63,740 nt of DNA, filler included, from Octopus bimaculoides (GCF_001194135.2; 4 parts of 4 records of this genome joined end to end with filler, not necessarily neighbours in it), one strand, 5' to 3'; counted from the whole stretch's first letter, positions 48,520 through 63,684 are shown. Numbers and translations are program-made. The notes: generated by a model from the sequence alone, not told the origin.

Positions 48520-51500
48520 TGCACATGCACACACGTGGAGGCACTGATATTTATTCGCACCTAAACAGACCTTTTGACATATTTCACCAACCCTTCGCCA
48601 CTTTCCCATGAACTTAATTCACATATAAATAAATAAATCCATTTAGAGGTATGTAAGGGTTATTCATGTATGTTTATATCTGTTATCTGTTTCTATACAT
48701 ACTGCACTGTGTTTGATCTAAGATCTGGGTCAAACGTAACTAAGAAGTGAGTTGTGTAAAGCTATTAATAATCCAACTAGTCGGAGCAAATCAGAAGTGG
48801 AGAATCGATCTTCTGTCTCGATGTAACAAATGAAGATGTCGCTGTGACACCCACTGAAAAGTTAACTAGGGTGGAGTTTATACTTTACCAGGGTACTGAA
48901 TTCGAGGAATTTGATTGTTGTTATTTACTCGCCTACAACCAAATCGACCCCCCCCTCTCTCTCTCTTTCTTTTCTGATCTCGCGTCCAGTCTTTTCCTCT
49001 CTCTCTCTCTCTTTATGTCTCCCCCTTCTCTCTCTCTCTTTATGTCTCCCCCCTCTCTCTCTCTCTTTCCTGGTCTCTCTTCCAGTCTTTCTGTCTCTCC
49101 CTCTCTCTTTCTGTCTTTACCAATCTTTTCCTGACTCTCTCTCTCTCTCTCTCTAACTCTCTCTCTCTCTAGCCCTCTCTTCTCCCCCTCTCTCTCTAAC
49201 TCTCTCTCATCCCTCTCTCTAACCCTCTCTTCTCCCTCTCTCTCAGACGAAGAGCAAGGGCTCAATATAGAATCTCCACTCCATAGAGTAAACAAAGAGA
49301 ACTCTTCCAGAAAATTTCCTGTTGTAATCGAGGGGTGGGGGAACGGAGGTCGCAAGTAGAACTTGCATTGAGTGAGAGGGGAGGGGGAGAGGGAAGATGG
49401 AGGGGACCGACTAATCCGTAGGTATCGAACTTACATTGTTTGTGTGACAGGTACGGCTCCTCCAGGTCTTAACACTTAATGAGTATACACAGCGGCGTTT
49501 TGCATGTAGCTATTAGAACAAGTTATAAACAAGGGCAATCCATGATGTGTGCGATATGGAAAGGTAGTTTAAACAAACGGGCTACATACTCATAGGGGGT
49601 TTTTGTTTTTTTTGTCTTTTCTCGGTAAAACTCATTAAACGTTGATAGGAAATTTAATAAAACCAAATGCAGTAAAACATATTCCAAAAAATGTATGATA
49701 ATCATGTAAACGCAGGGCAATACAAAAGCGTTCGACGAGTACAGCTGGTACTGGATTTTTTTATCCGTCAAGCTTCAGGCTAGAGGTGTCACGGATTTCT
49801 AAACGTTACGGTTTTCTTTATCAAAGTTTAATACTAAAAACAACAGTAATGTACTAAAACGTTCTTTTGATCACATTAAAGTATATAAACAAATACGTGC
49901 CTATAAACAGTAATGGATAAAGATACTAATCATTCAACTTTTATTTAACGATCGTCACTTCAGATACAATTTTTATGCGTCTACCGTCTGGAGACATAAC
50001 TCCTTTAGGTACGGCATTACTTAAAATATAAAATATACAATGAAAAGTGAAATAAAAAATGGGATAGTAATTAACAAATATATATTAATATATTTGTGAA
50101 GCAGAATTTGTTTCATGTTTATTAAACCATTTAAAATCTTTGTGTTAGTCTTACTTTCTTGGGTGTTACTAACCGCAAAATGTTTCAGTTTCAATTTTCT
50201 TTTCAGCAAGTTTCTTTTCAGCCAACCTTCTAGACGTGGTATTAGATATGTGTGTGTGTGTGTGTCTGCATGTATATATATATATATATATATATGCTAA
50301 ATTGGGTCAAATCGCATAAATGCAAAGAAAGTTTCACCATCAAATAATTTAATTCTTTAAAGGTGCGTCATACGAAGTAGGCTTTGAATGTAATCAAAGC
50401 CTACATTTTTACGTATTGTTATGTATCACATGTGTATTCGAGATACAAACGCCATGGAAAATTAGAACAAACTAATCCAGTAGATAATGTTCTAGTAGCG
50501 TTTCAGACTTTAAATGTATCCAGCTTGACCTACCCAAATTTTTCAAGGAAGTATAGTTACATTTAAAGGCTACTTTTTTTTTTTTTTCAGACTCACCTTT
50601 TAGGAATTGAGTAAGTCCTTGAATTGGGAAACTAAACCTATGATAAATACCTTTTAGCAGTTGCATGACGAGAAATGAAAACGACCACGATGAAGATTGT
50701 TTAGAGTAAAATTTGTCCAGCTTTCATTAGCAAACTTCCTGGCTTTTAAAGAACCTATACAAAATGGTCATCTGCAGGTTATTGAACCAGAAAACCAACT
50801 TGGAATTATTGAATTAAATTTTAAAAATGAGGATTTCATGGCGATAGAACAGCACCATGCTGAAGAAGAAAAAGATGAAAATGAGGTTGCAGAACCAGCA
50901 CGAGATTTTAATAACTAAAGATCTATCTGAAACGATAGCAGCATACGCCATTCAAAACACGCAAAGATTGTTTATTTCACTTAAATATTTATTTCTGATG
51001 TCAAACTGTTTATCCCAACTGCGACCCGGTCATTGATTTGATTCCACCGCATAAATAACACTGTGTAACACGATTTTTGTCCTTGTGTAGCAACTGTTAT
51101 TTTCTATTTGCTTACCCCATCGAAAGTATGATAAATGGTTATTTCCACCAAATTTTGCTTTTCTGACATTTATTCAACCCCCACCCTCAAATCCCTCTCA
51201 ACACATGGCTATGATGCTCCCCCACTACTGCTGCTCATTATCAGACGGGCACGTTTATTGTCAGGGGACAATTTCAAGTGGATAAGGTCAAGCAACTGAC
51301 AAGTAAATCTGTGGTATTGAGCAGAATATTTACTATAATGATATTTCTGCTTCAGCAGCTCAGCGCTTAATCTGTCTGAAATGTAATGGAAAATAAGTCA
51401 GTTTCAATAGATTGATGTCTAGGTCACAAAAGCAAAGTTTGAAGGGAATAGCAGTCATTTCTTTTGAATTCTAGATAGAAGCAAATAGGAAATAGCACTT

Positions 51501-52001
51501 ATTGATCAAAGACAGAAAAATAGAATAAAAATTTTGTTACACCGTGACAATCAGGTCGCAGTTGGTGCGACGAAAATATTGACGCCAAAAATATATATCT
51601 ATGTTAATTGTCTTTGTGTGTTTTTAAATAGCTAATATGCGTTTTCCATGATGCAATCGTTTTAGCTTCAATACATGTTTGATTCTCAGATCAAATTACT
51701 TGCCAGGCAAGTACACCTCCTAATTTCCGATTAGTCTGAAACTTTCTCCTTTTTAGATTAATCTATGGCCATTTTCACTTTGAAGATAATAAAATTCAGA
51801 AGCAAACAAGATAATAACGAGTTATGCAACTGCTACAAGGAACTTAAGACAGAGATAACAGATCGACAACAAATCTTGGACATGTCTTTAAAATAAATAA
51901 TCATCTTTATTGATATCATTTATCTTCCTCAAACATACGATCACAACGGCCACCGCTACTACACACCCCCATTTTCGCATTCCAACATCACCACATACTC
52001 T

Positions 52002-52047
<46 letters not shown>

Positions 52048-53234
52048 GTTATCTCTTCTACTTCCATTATCACAGCCGCCACCGTAGCAGCCGCCATCCC
52101 ATTCCCACTTTGCACTTGTCAGTCTGTCTGTCTTTCTATCTTTTCATACCACCTCTCTCTATATATATGTCCCTGACATGTCTTCGAACGAAACCAAATG
52201 TATTTCGTTGGGCTCATTGTCTTTAATAAAACGCACATAGATACATTCATACGCATACACACAATACCTTTATACATACAAACATACTCACATACATATG
52301 TATGTATACATACACACACTCATACACACATATTTACATATGCATTAATATTTGTGTACATACACATACACACACACACAGCGTTTCATGTTAGAATGCT
52401 ATCAACATGGCAGTAAAAGCGGAAATGTCTCTCAAAACCGGAAACGTCTAAATAGCAATGGAGAGAATTTGCGAGCAAAACCCCAGTTTTCTTTTTCTAG
52501 CAATTGAATATATTTTACAAATATAAACAAACCGAGACAGTCACATTTTTCAGAGACTCCTTGTTTCTATTCTGAACCACAAATATCGCCCTTAACATAC
52601 ATATTCGANNNNNNNNNNNNNNNNNNNNNNNNNNNNNNNGGGGGGGGGGGGGAATTATCGTTAAAGAATGAAGCGAGTCGTCAAATCATGCGGTTTTGTA
52701 TAAAGGGTCCTTTGGATAGGAGGTGGGGGTATAGTGTTAATTTTGTTCTTTAACTTCTTAGACTATTTTGGTCACGTCTTCCAAAGAGAGTTTTTTTCAT
52801 TGAACTATTAGATGAACACTCTAATGACCCGATGACCTGGTAAATGAGTAGTACCTGACACCCTTCATTTGACCTCTGAGTCGATTGACTATGAATAGAG
52901 TGTCGACGTCACGTCTTTAAGGGGGCGTTGAGTAAACTATTAATTACAAAAAGACTACACAACAGTATTGATAGAAACTTAATACATATTCTCCAACTTT
53001 TTCTTTCACTGTAACAGTAATAGATCTGTTTTCTTTCAATTTATGAACTGCATTCTGCTTATAAAAGAAGACTGCGATAATATTCTCTGATACACTGCCA
53101 ATCTAGTATGTTTGTTAATATCAAGCAAGAGAGGTGACTATGTGAACTCGCTCGAGTTGATAGAAGTAGAAAACAATCAAATTCCATCAAACCATATCCT
53201 ACGCCTTAAAAAGGGATAAACTGGCGCAAGCGTG

Positions 53235-53585
53235 TCTGTATAGTGAGAACTTGCTTGCTTCTCACCCATATGGTTTCAGGTTCAATGTGCTCACTGCGTG
53301 TCTTCTACCATAACCCTCGGACGTCAAAGCTTTGGCGTTCAGGGGCTATCGTAAAAGACGATACTAAGAGACGCTTGTCGTGTGTGTATACACACACAAA
53401 CACACAAACACACACACACACACACATAGATATATATATGGAGTGTCGTGCTTTTGCGTTGATTTGTTTACGTCCTCTAGGCGCAGACGTGGCGGCGTGG
53501 TTAATAGGCTTGCTTTCAAACTTTGTGGTCTTGATTTCAATCTCACTGCGCGGCGGCACCTTGGAGAGTTGTCTTCTACTAGGTG
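53235..53585 (+). mobile_element. Two decayed composite-SINE head fragments (53235-53350, 53480-53585)
   Basis: GGCGCAGACGTGGCGGCGTGGTTAA..GGCACCTTGGAGAGTTGTCTTCTACTA. Confidence 0.6.
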
Positions 53586-53609
53586 TGTGTTATATACATA
53601 CACACACAG

Positions 53610-53687
<78 letters not shown>

Positions 53688-55109
53688 GCCCAGTCTACCT
53701 AGCTTTATGTGGGTCTCATAGTATATTCTAAAGTACTGTATCCATGGTCAAAACACTGAATTGTAAATAGTACCACAAATAAATTTCCGTCAGTTTCAGC
53801 AAAGTTCAAGGTATTTTGTTCAGTTGTTCATTGTGTTACAGTGTATGTAGCTGAATATTCTATAGACATATGTATCTTTAACAATAACTGAGGCGGAATC
53901 AACATAACATAGTGCAACAAGAGTTAACCATTAAATTGCGAGGACAACCCAACCGACAGGCTTCCACGTAGTTTTCGATTACCCACACAGATTTGATCGA
54001 CTAAAAGCTCTGTAAAATGACAACCTAACTTCTTTTTTTTTAATTTCACAACACATTCCAGAGGACTATACCATAATTTGTTGGCACTTAGTTGTAGTTA
54101 AATAGACCGGGTGTTGATAGTGAAATAACTTGCTGATATGATAGAAAACGAATAGCTAACTTAAAATATAAAAATTTAAAAATTTAATTTAAAATGCTTC
54201 GAAGTTAAATAATTCCAAGTTGCCATCTACATAGTACCATGTTTACCTAGTTATCCCCCATCTCCACTAAATAAGCTTCAAAATTTATGGGTATTACTCT
54301 TCTGTTTCAAATTAGCAAAATAGAAAACAGAGCAAATGTATGCAAAAACTTTGGTCTTTCTTGAAAGTCTCCGATAGTCGCCATATTGTAGTAAACTAAG
54401 TTGTTGGCCTCTCTTAGCTAATACAACGAAATACAATAATACTATTTTCTTTTCGCAAGATATATAATCTAATGCTGGCTTGTCGTAGCTAGTCTATTTG
54501 TGTGAAACGTTGAAGGTTACAGCTGTTTATTTAAGCAATCGATCAGATCTGTATTTCCCAGACTATTGTCAATCAAACTGGCATTCAAGAAATTCTTGAC
54601 TGACATAAAGTGACAAAATGGCTAGCAATTCATCCAGGATTGGCGAAGCCGGTAAACAGCTCTGAACAACCAATTCTAAATTGAATTCTTTCAACAAGAT
54701 TCGACTAAACTTGTTTCTAAATACAATCTACAACGGCCTTGTTGTGGTAATATGGAAACCGACTCACGTTTATTGACTTAACACTTATTAATCTTGTCAA
54801 GTTGTTCAACTCAAATCATATTCTGTTATCTCAAGCGGCCTAACATATCAGAGGTTTGTGGGATGTGTCACTTTGTACATATGTTGGTCAATGTTATACG
54901 CTAAATGTTTCCGCGCGCGCGCGTGTGTGTGAATGAATGCATGTATGTGTGATGGAAGTGTACAATAAATTCTTTAAGAGAATTACACAATTACACGGTT
55001 AGTTTCATAATGCGCCCATGAAGGAAGAAGAAATATTCATTAATAATTCATTGTAATATAGATCTGTCTCTTCTATTACGCATACGTTCGGTATCTTGTT
55101 CTTTGTGTA

Positions 55110-55148
<39 letters not shown>

Positions 55149-55825
55149 TGTGCGTGTGTGTGTGTGTGCGCGTGTGTGCGTGTGTGCGTGTGTGTGTGTT
55201 TGTGTGTTTGTGTCTGTGTGTGTCTCTGTGTCTGTGGGTGTCTCTGTGTGTGTGCGTGTCTACAATACAAATATTGCTAAATTTTCAGCAAAAACACCAT
55301 TAGAATTTCATATCCTACTGCTTCTAACTTTGACCAGAACTTTACTACGTAAAACTTTTCAAAGGTGACTAAAGGTAACAAATTCATTCAAAAGGGAAAA
55401 AAAAATGCAACTGTATTAATTCTAATGCCCCATAGCCTCTAATTTCCTATGTTGAGGACAGTTTAAAACATGCAGTTAATAAAAACAATACTCTGGAGCT
55501 AACATTAGATTAACTTGTAAACCTTTTAAAAATTTGGTTTAATTCAAATAGCCTTAAACAAAAGAAACTAAACTTCATTACTTAGATAAATCTTGAATAT
55601 GAAAAATAAACCTAGATCTAATTGAATTTGGAAAGTGTCATATATTGACAGATCCGGTAAATAAGAAACTTTGAAATGTATGTGCTACAGAGAATTTGGA
55701 AACATCATTCACGAACATCATTCACCTTGCATCAGCTTATCTTGTATCTTCAGAATTTTTAGATCCTATATCTTCAACCAATTAAGATTCTCCACCGTAA
55801 CACGATCTTTCCCACTCCTTTATCC

Positions 55826-55954
<129 letters not shown>

Positions 55955-56459
55955 GTTATTATTATTGTTATTATTATTAAGGCGGCGAACTGGCAGAATG
56001 GTTAGTACGCCGAGTAAAACGCTTTGCGGCATTTGGTCCGTCTTTACATTCTGAGATCAAATTTCGCAGGGATCTACTTCGCTTTTTCTCCTTTCAGGGT
56101 TGATGAAATAAGTATCAGGTGAGCACGTGGGTCGATGTAATCGACTATTCCTCCTCCACCAAAATTTCAGGCCCCATGCCCATAATAGAAAAGATTATTG
56201 TTATTTTAATTTCCCATCCTATTTTCACTCTCAGACATCCTATATTATCAGTTACACACTTATTTCCTAAATGCTACTTATCCCAGTTCTTTAAGTATCT
56301 ATTGTCATCATCTTAGTATACCTTCTATCTTAAGATAATTTCCACATCTGTACTATTCCTCTACTTTTGTTTTTAGAATTGCCCTCTCACATATTATTAC
56401 ATACTTGCTCACTTTTGCATTGATCTTTTATATTCGTAATTAAATATATATTTATATAA

Positions 56460-56820
56460 ATATGTATATTATATTTATCCCCGCATTTATAGTTCTCCTC
56501 GCCAATGGTCATAACTGTTGGGTAATGGCCGAAAGAGTACGTTCGCAAATACAAGCTGCCGAAATGAGGTTTCTTCGAAGGATCTCTGGAGCGACGTTAC
56601 TCGATCGGGTGCATAGCTTGGAGATCAAAGTGCCTCTCAAAGTCAAGTCGCTGCTTTTCTGCATTGAGGGTCACAGCTCCGGTACAACCAACATGTTATT
56701 AGAATGTCGCAAGAAAAAATTGCACGACAGATTATTCAAGCTTTGTCAACTGACAAGAGATCTAGGGGTAGGTCAAGGACGAAATGGTTGGATAATACAA
56801 GTCCAAGGGAAGATGTGACT
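56460..56820 (+). mobile_element. RTE-clade LINE fragment
   Basis: NGHNCWVMAERVRSQIQAAEMRFLRRISGATLLDRVHS. Preceded by a SINE at 55981-56190 and (TTA)n at 55828-55979. Confidence 0.8.
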
Positions 56821-57994
56821 CACACCAGATGAACGATCTGGAATTATTTGGGTTTAAGAGAATGTATTATTTCGAAGGAAATATTTCTCTTTCGCTGTAA
56901 ATAGATATTAATATGATGGTTTCAAAGTTTGGCACAAAGCCAACAATTTGGTTGGGGGGGAGGTGATTACTCGATTACGTCGACCCCAGTACTCAACGGG
57001 TACTTATTTTATCGAGCCCTAAAGGATGAAAGGCAAAGTTGATTTCGGCGGCATTTGAACTCAGAACATAATGACGGACAAAATGCTGCTAAGAATGTTG
57101 CCCCGCATTCTAACGATTCTGCCAGCTTACCACCTTAAATGAGTACTGATATATTGTTATCATGTTTAGGCTGTGTACTGCTCCATATTAAAACCAACTC
57201 CAAATGTTTAAATAGCATTTATTTTTACCGGAGTATATAACAATATTGATATAATTATATAGATATTTACCAGTAGTGTATTGTGCCAGAAGTAGGAAAT
57301 AGTTCGTAGTTACATTAGCAGCAGAAAAGAAAAGCTTCGTGTGAGAGACAGGAGGAATACTTTGTTCTTCATTGTTGACGATTCCTTTTTATCAAGGAAC
57401 TTTGCGAAAGGGGCTTGTTATCCTAGTTCGCGTGCAAGCGCATAATGTCCTCAGCCACCTCCCTGCCTCCCTGGTTGTGCTTGCCCACGAAGTGGTTTAC
57501 ATAACTCCTTTAAACATCACAGAACTTTCTATAATATGGGGGTGATATTTCTGCAAGCTTATCGGTTGATATTCTGGACATGTTACCTGATCTAAGTATC
57601 GTCAGCTCCTAGTTACTAAACCTGTAAGGTTTCGATTCTAGGTCTCGCTACACTTTCTTTTCCTAACCCCATCTGTCTTTTGATATCCTTAGTGGGCCAC
57701 ACCCACTAGACGTTGTTGTCTGCATCATGCGTACAGTCTCATAAGGTCGAAACTTATCCAGATTTTTCAAAGCGTTTAGAGGGAGAGTTCAAGAGTAGCC
57801 ACCGAGCGGTCACCAGTCAGTCGCAGAGTTAAACGTAACCCAGATTCTGTTGGTACCCATTTTTAGTCTAGTGTACTGGAGCAATGTGAAATTAAGTGCC
57901 TTACCAAATGACACAACGTACCGCTCAGTCTGAGAATCTTAATGATCGTCAGCTCAACACTATCAACTCGGCCACGCATCTTCACTCCCAGACC

Positions 57995-58224
57995 CTATAC
58001 AAACACGTCTCCCAATCCTTCTTCATTACAACTCTAACCTACTGGAATCCTTCCCACAATGCCTAGTGTTTCCAACAATCATCAACATAAAGACGTTGAA
58101 ACGAAATCACATCAATCACGTCAATCACATCAACCACAGTAATCTCACCAGTCAAGGAAGAATAAGAAATGCCATGGGCGCTGCCTCTCCTCATTAGAAA
58201 ATCGTGTAACAAAATGCTTGTCCA

Positions 58225-58226
<2 letters not shown>
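57995..58226 (+). mobile_element. CR1/L2-like LINE 3' fragment ending in (CA)n
   Basis: SQSFFITTLTYWN.LP resembles the FF.R....WN.LP C-terminus of CR1/L2 ORF2. Confidence 0.4.
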
Positions 58227-58280
<54 letters not shown>

Positions 58281-58839
58281 NNNNNNNNNNATACAAAGCA
58301 GGTGAACACGAAGTACGATCATTGCTAGAAATAGCAACCGGTCAGTTATGGCGTTATGTAGAGCTTCACTGAATATTTTCAAGCAGAGATGTGTGCGGGC
58401 GGACAGTCTTTTCCTCTCTTATCATCACCATTCTTGATTTCGCTCCCTATCTTTCATATCGCTAAAGCCAATAGAATAAAAAAGCTGTACCCTATTCTGT
58501 AACAGCTGCAAGGCACCGCAGTTGTAATCTCCAATCAACATTGGCTGCACGACATGAAACAATTTATTTTGCCATCTCAGGACTCACACGAAATCTTGCC
58601 ATTTCAGCTTCTCGTCCACTCTATCGTCTGCATTTAATGAATTCCTGTTTTAGCTTCGTCAATTGCTACACATTCCTTACATCCGTTTCCACACACACTT
58701 CGATACGCGTGCAGACGCACACACACACACACACAAATGTTTCTCAACTCTCCCCTTTTTATCATTTGTTCATATCAATTATTGATATACATGTACGTAT
58801 ATACGTGTATGTATGTGTGTATATATATGTGTATGTATG

Positions 58840-58870
<31 letters not shown>

Positions 58871-59715
58871 NNNNNNNNNNNNNNNNNNNNNNNNNNNNNN
58901 NNNNNNNNNNNNNNNNNNNNNNNNNNNNNNNNNNNNNNNNNNNNNNNNNNNNNNNNNNNNNNNNNNNNNNNNNNNNNNNNNNNNNNNNNNNNNNNNNNNN
59001 NNNNNNNNNNNNNNNNNNNNNNNNNNNNNNNNNNNNNNNNNNNNNNNNNNNNNNNNNNNNNNNNNNNNNNNNNNNNNNNNNNNNNNNNNNNNNNNNNNNN
59101 NNNNNNNNNNNNNNNNNNNNNNNNNNNNNNNNNNNNNNNNNNNNNNNNNNNNNNNNNNNNNNNNNNNNNNNNNNNNNNNNNNNNNNNNNNNNNNNNNNNN
59201 NNNNNNNNNNNNNNNNNNNNNNNNNNNNNNNNNNNNNNNNNNNNNNNNNNNNNNNNNNNNNNNNNNNNNNNNNNNNNNNNNNNNNNNNNNNNNNNNNNNN
59301 NNNNNNNNNNNNNNNNNNNNNNNNNNNNNNNNNNNNNNNNNNNNNNNNNNNNNNNNNNNNNNNNNNNNNNNNNNNNNNNNNNNNNNNNNNNNNNNNNNNN
59401 NNNNNNNNNNNNNNNNNNNNNNNNNNNNNNNNNNNNNNNNNNNNNNNNNNNNNNNNNNNNNNNNNNNNNNNNNNNNNNNNNNNNNNNNNNNNNNNNNNNN
59501 NNNNNNNNNNNNNNNNNNNNNNNNNNNNNNNNNNNNNNNNNNNNNNNNNNNNNNNNNNNNNNNNNNNNNNNNNNNNNNNNNNNNNNNNNNNNNNNNNNNN
59601 NNNNNNNNNNNNNNNNNNNNNNNNNNNNNNNNNNNNNNNNNNNNNNNNNNNNNNNNNNNNNNNNNNNNNNNNNNNNNNNNNNNNNNNNNNNNNNNNNNNN
59701 NNNNNNNNNNNNNNN

Positions 59716-59779
<64 letters not shown>

Positions 59780-60881
59780 AAGATAGAGAGTATATATATA
59801 TTTATAATGCAACTACTGGCACAATGTAAGGCGATGACGGGTGGGCAAACAGCAGGATAGAGAAATAGGATACAGTAGAGTGCATAGTAGATAGAAATAG
59901 GAGAGAGACTGAGACAGGCTGACAGATCGAGAGAGAGAGAAACAGCAGCCGACGCTGACAACAGACTTGTTTCTACGTGACATTGCAGTGATGTAGAGGG
60001 CGTTGCAGACACGATAATACAGACAATGGCTAACTTCCGTTTCTAAATCCTTGTTCATAAATGATAGCTATTATTTAAGGGAAGATGGGTGGAGTACAGT
60101 TTCATAATAATAAACCCTAGCTGTCGTCAATATATTCATATGACCCCTTGTTGCTAGTATTAAGGCTGCTGTTTCTGGCCTCTGAACTTGGTAATATTTT
60201 ATCGTATTCCCCAGTCCTGACTTCTTCACTAACCACTACTACGACAGTATAGTAACCGCATTCTGACGAACGTCACACAGAACGGTGAAGACGGAGGTGG
60301 TAGATGGCAGGCGTGGCGGGAGGGGGGGAGAGGCATTGGAAACACCATAAATACGTATGTACTTAATTGCATATGCATAATCGGTTATGATATATACATA
60401 AATACACACACACGCACGCACGCACGCACGAACGCACACACGCACGCACGCATGTATGCATGTATGCATGTATGCATGTATGTATGTATGTATGTATGTA
60501 TGTATGTATGTACGAATGAATGTATGCGTGTATGTATGTATGTAAGCTTAGATAAACCTAGATATGCTTCAACGAAAACTGACTAAAGTCATTTCTAAAT
60601 AGCACCATGTNNNNNNNNNNNNNNNNNNNNNNNNNNNNNNNNNNNNNNNNNNNNNNNNNNNNNNNNNNNNNNNNNNNNNNNNNNNNNNNNNNNNNNNNNN
60701 NNNNNNNNNNNNNNNNNNNNNNNNNNNNNNNNNNNNNNNNNNNNNNNNNNNNNNNNNNNNNNNNNNNNNNNNNNNNNNNNNNNNNNNNNNNNNNNNNNNN
60801 NNNNNNNNNNNNNNNNNNNNNNNNNNNNNNNNNNNNNNNNNNNNNNNNNNNNNNNTATATATATATATATATATATATATA

Positions 60882-62396
60882 TTGAACCACAAAAGAAACG
60901 TCGCACTATAAAGATTATTTGTTTCACACACGATATTGAGATTATATGGATTTTATCACATTTTTAGGTAGTCTGACATCAGGAAGATGTCACTGACCCA
61001 CAACACCACTCTCTTTTGAAAACACAAGGATTGCATGTAGGGTTCGAACTCGCTCACTCGAACGCATCTTTATGAAAAGAATAATGCATGGTCAAAGCGT
61101 TGACTCATTGGGTATAAAAGGCACCCAAACTTACCAGCCAGTCATTCGTTTCCCGAACGCAGCAAGCATGCCAAGACTGACGCGAAATCAGTGGGAGCAA
61201 GCCATCGGACGTCTTCATGCTGGTCAACGTCCATGGGTCATTGCTAATGACTTGGACTGCAGTATTCTGACAATTGAGCGGCTGAAGGAACGGTACAATG
61301 TCACAAACAGCACGGATGATCGTCTACGAAGTGGCCGACCGAGGGTTACAACGGCACGTCAAGATCGCCACCTGCACCGACAGCACTTGCAAGACCGATT
61401 CCGGAGGGCAACGGAATCAGCCATGCAGACCATAGGGAGGGCAACGGAATCAGCCATGCAGACCATAGGGAGCCACCACAGACCTATTTGTGCAGAGACA
61501 GTTCGCCGCCGACTGAGATCTTTCAATCTGTCTTGTAAACGTCCGGTTAAGGGTCCCATCCTCATAGATCTTCATCCACGGGCAGTGAGCTCAAAAACTC
61601 AGAACTGGCGATATCAGCAGTGGAGGACTGTATACTTCTCTAACGAAAGTCGATATTGCATTTCTGCGGCAGATGGCAGAGCTAAGGTTTGGAGAAAAGG
61701 GGTAAACGTCATGGCGTTGCTGTGTGGTGGAGAGAGACTCATTAGATGGGATTGCACTCAACCAGAAACTTGGACCGATGGTCTTCCAAAACATCGGCCA
61801 AGGTCGGGGCAATGGAGTAACCGCTGCTCGCTACATCGACCAAGTGTTGAGGCCACACATTGTGCAATACTTAGCCCGTCATCGGAGTCACATGTTCCAA
61901 CATGACAACACCAATGTCCATACTGCCAGGTTGACAACAGACTTCTTCCAACAGCAGAACATCCAAACACTGCCATGTCCTACCTTAAGTCCGGACTTGA
62001 ACCCCATAAAGCCCCTGTGAGACGAAATGCAAAGAACGTAAAATGACATCCGTCCAAGTCTGACAACTGCGGCACAACTCACTGCAAGTTTTAAAGAGCG
62101 TGGGCTGCTATACCTATGGCCTTCATCAATCGTTTGGTGCATTCAATGTACATAAGATGCCTGACGGTAATCAACTCTAACGGGGATCACACGAGATACT
62201 GAATTCATTTCTTTGGAACCAGGACACTCCATCATCATGTGACACCATATGAATTCAAACATGTTTCAGGAAATGACGTATTATCATTAGAAAAAAAAAC
62301 GGTTTCTTAATTAGCACTCTTCAATCAATGCTCTGGCAGTCTGTTAATAAACCAGTTTCTATTTAGTATGTGTGCAACGTTTCTTTTGTGGTTCAG
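60882..62396 (+). mobile_element. Tc1-like element with intact TIRs and a pseudogenised transposase (61168-62202)
   Basis: TIRs TGAACCACAAAAGAAACGT and ACGTTTCTTTTGTGGTTCA within (TA)n. MPRL..RSGRPRVTT..VYFSNESRY..FQHDNTNVHTAR..SPDLNPI..HTRY*. Confidence 0.93.
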
Positions 62397-62556
62397 TATA
62401 TATATATATATATATATATATNNNNNNNNNNNNNNNNNNNNNNNNNNNNNNNNNNNNNNNNNNNNTTAATTAATTAANNNNNNNNNNNNNNNNNNNNNNN
62501 NNNNNNNNNNNNNNNNNNNNNGAGAGAGTGAGAGTGTGTTTGTGTGCGTGCGAGTG

Positions 62557-62600
<44 letters not shown>

Positions 62601-62669
62601 AGAGAGAGCGAGAGAGAGAAAGAAAGAGAGAGCGAGAAGCAGAGAGCGAAAGTGTGTGTGCGCCTGGGT

Positions 62670-62704
<35 letters not shown>

Positions 62705-63051
62705 GCAGAGAGAGAGAGAAAGAGAGGCAGAGAGAACGAGAGTGTATATATGTGTGCGCGAGTGTGTGTATGTGTGTGTATGAGAGAGAGAGAGAGAGAC
62801 AGAGGCAGAGACAGACAGAGAGACAGCGAGAAGTAGAGAGACCGAAAGTGTCTATGTGTGTGCGACTGTGTGTATGTGTGAGTGTGTGTATGCAGGTGTG
62901 TTTGCATATGTGTTTGTGCACGATGTGTGCATGTGTGTGCGGTGTGTGCATGTGTGTGTACAATGCTTGTATGTGTGTGTGTATGATGTGTATATGTGTA
63001 TATGTCTGTCAGTATGGTGTGTGCGAGTGTACGTGTTTATGTGTGTGAATA

Positions 63052-63084
<33 letters not shown>

Positions 63085-63235
63085 ACGGGCCGTCAGTGAG
63101 AGAGAGAGAGTGTATGTATGTGTGTGTGTATGTGTGTATGTGTGAGTGTGTGTATGTGTGTGTACGTATCTANNNNNNNNNNTGTATGTGCACCTGACTA
63201 TAATATCGGTCAAACTTGAGGTCAGTCGTTTAATT

Positions 63236-63275
<40 letters not shown>

Positions 63276-63424
63276 CGAGAGCATGTGATGGTTGTTGCAG
63301 AAACACACATACACACATATACACATGCACACACACACACACATATAGCCCTACATATATATGTATAGCATAAACACATAAACAAATAAATAAATAAATA
63401 AATATATATATATATATATATATG

Positions 63425-63560
63425 AACGACAGGCTTCTTTCAGTTTCCACCTACTAAATTCACTCACAAAGCTTTGGTCGCTCTGCCCAAGGTACCGCAT
63501 CGTGGAACTGAACCCGGAATCATGTGGTTGAGAAGCAAGCATCTTACCACACAGTCGCAC
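63425..63560 (-). mobile_element. Composite SINE head
   Basis: Minus strand TGTGTGGTAAGATGCTTGC..CCGGGTTCAGTTCC..GGAAACTGAAAGAAGCC. Confidence 0.75.
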
Positions 63561-63641
63561 TTATACGTATGTATGTATGTATGAATGTATATATATCGCT
63601 AAATCTACAAGTTATTATTATTTTCTCTGTTTATTTTCTCT

Positions 63642-63684
63642 TATTCCTTTCTGCTGAAGAGCGTAGGCCCGAAACGTAGAATAC
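63642..63684 (+). ncRNA. Degenerate minimal hammerhead-like motif in a dispersed repeat
   Basis: CUGAAGA-gcguaggccc-GAA-ACGU-A: both core boxes, a palindromic stem III and a GUA triplet. Stem II has only 1 bp, and stem I (UAUUC/GAAUA) is offset by 7 nt. Confidence 0.35.

Noticed and set aside
51010-51570. 12-bp inverted match CCAACTGCGACC/GGTCGCAGTTGG about 540 bp apart
   Set aside because: Too short, with no TSD or convincing extended alignment.
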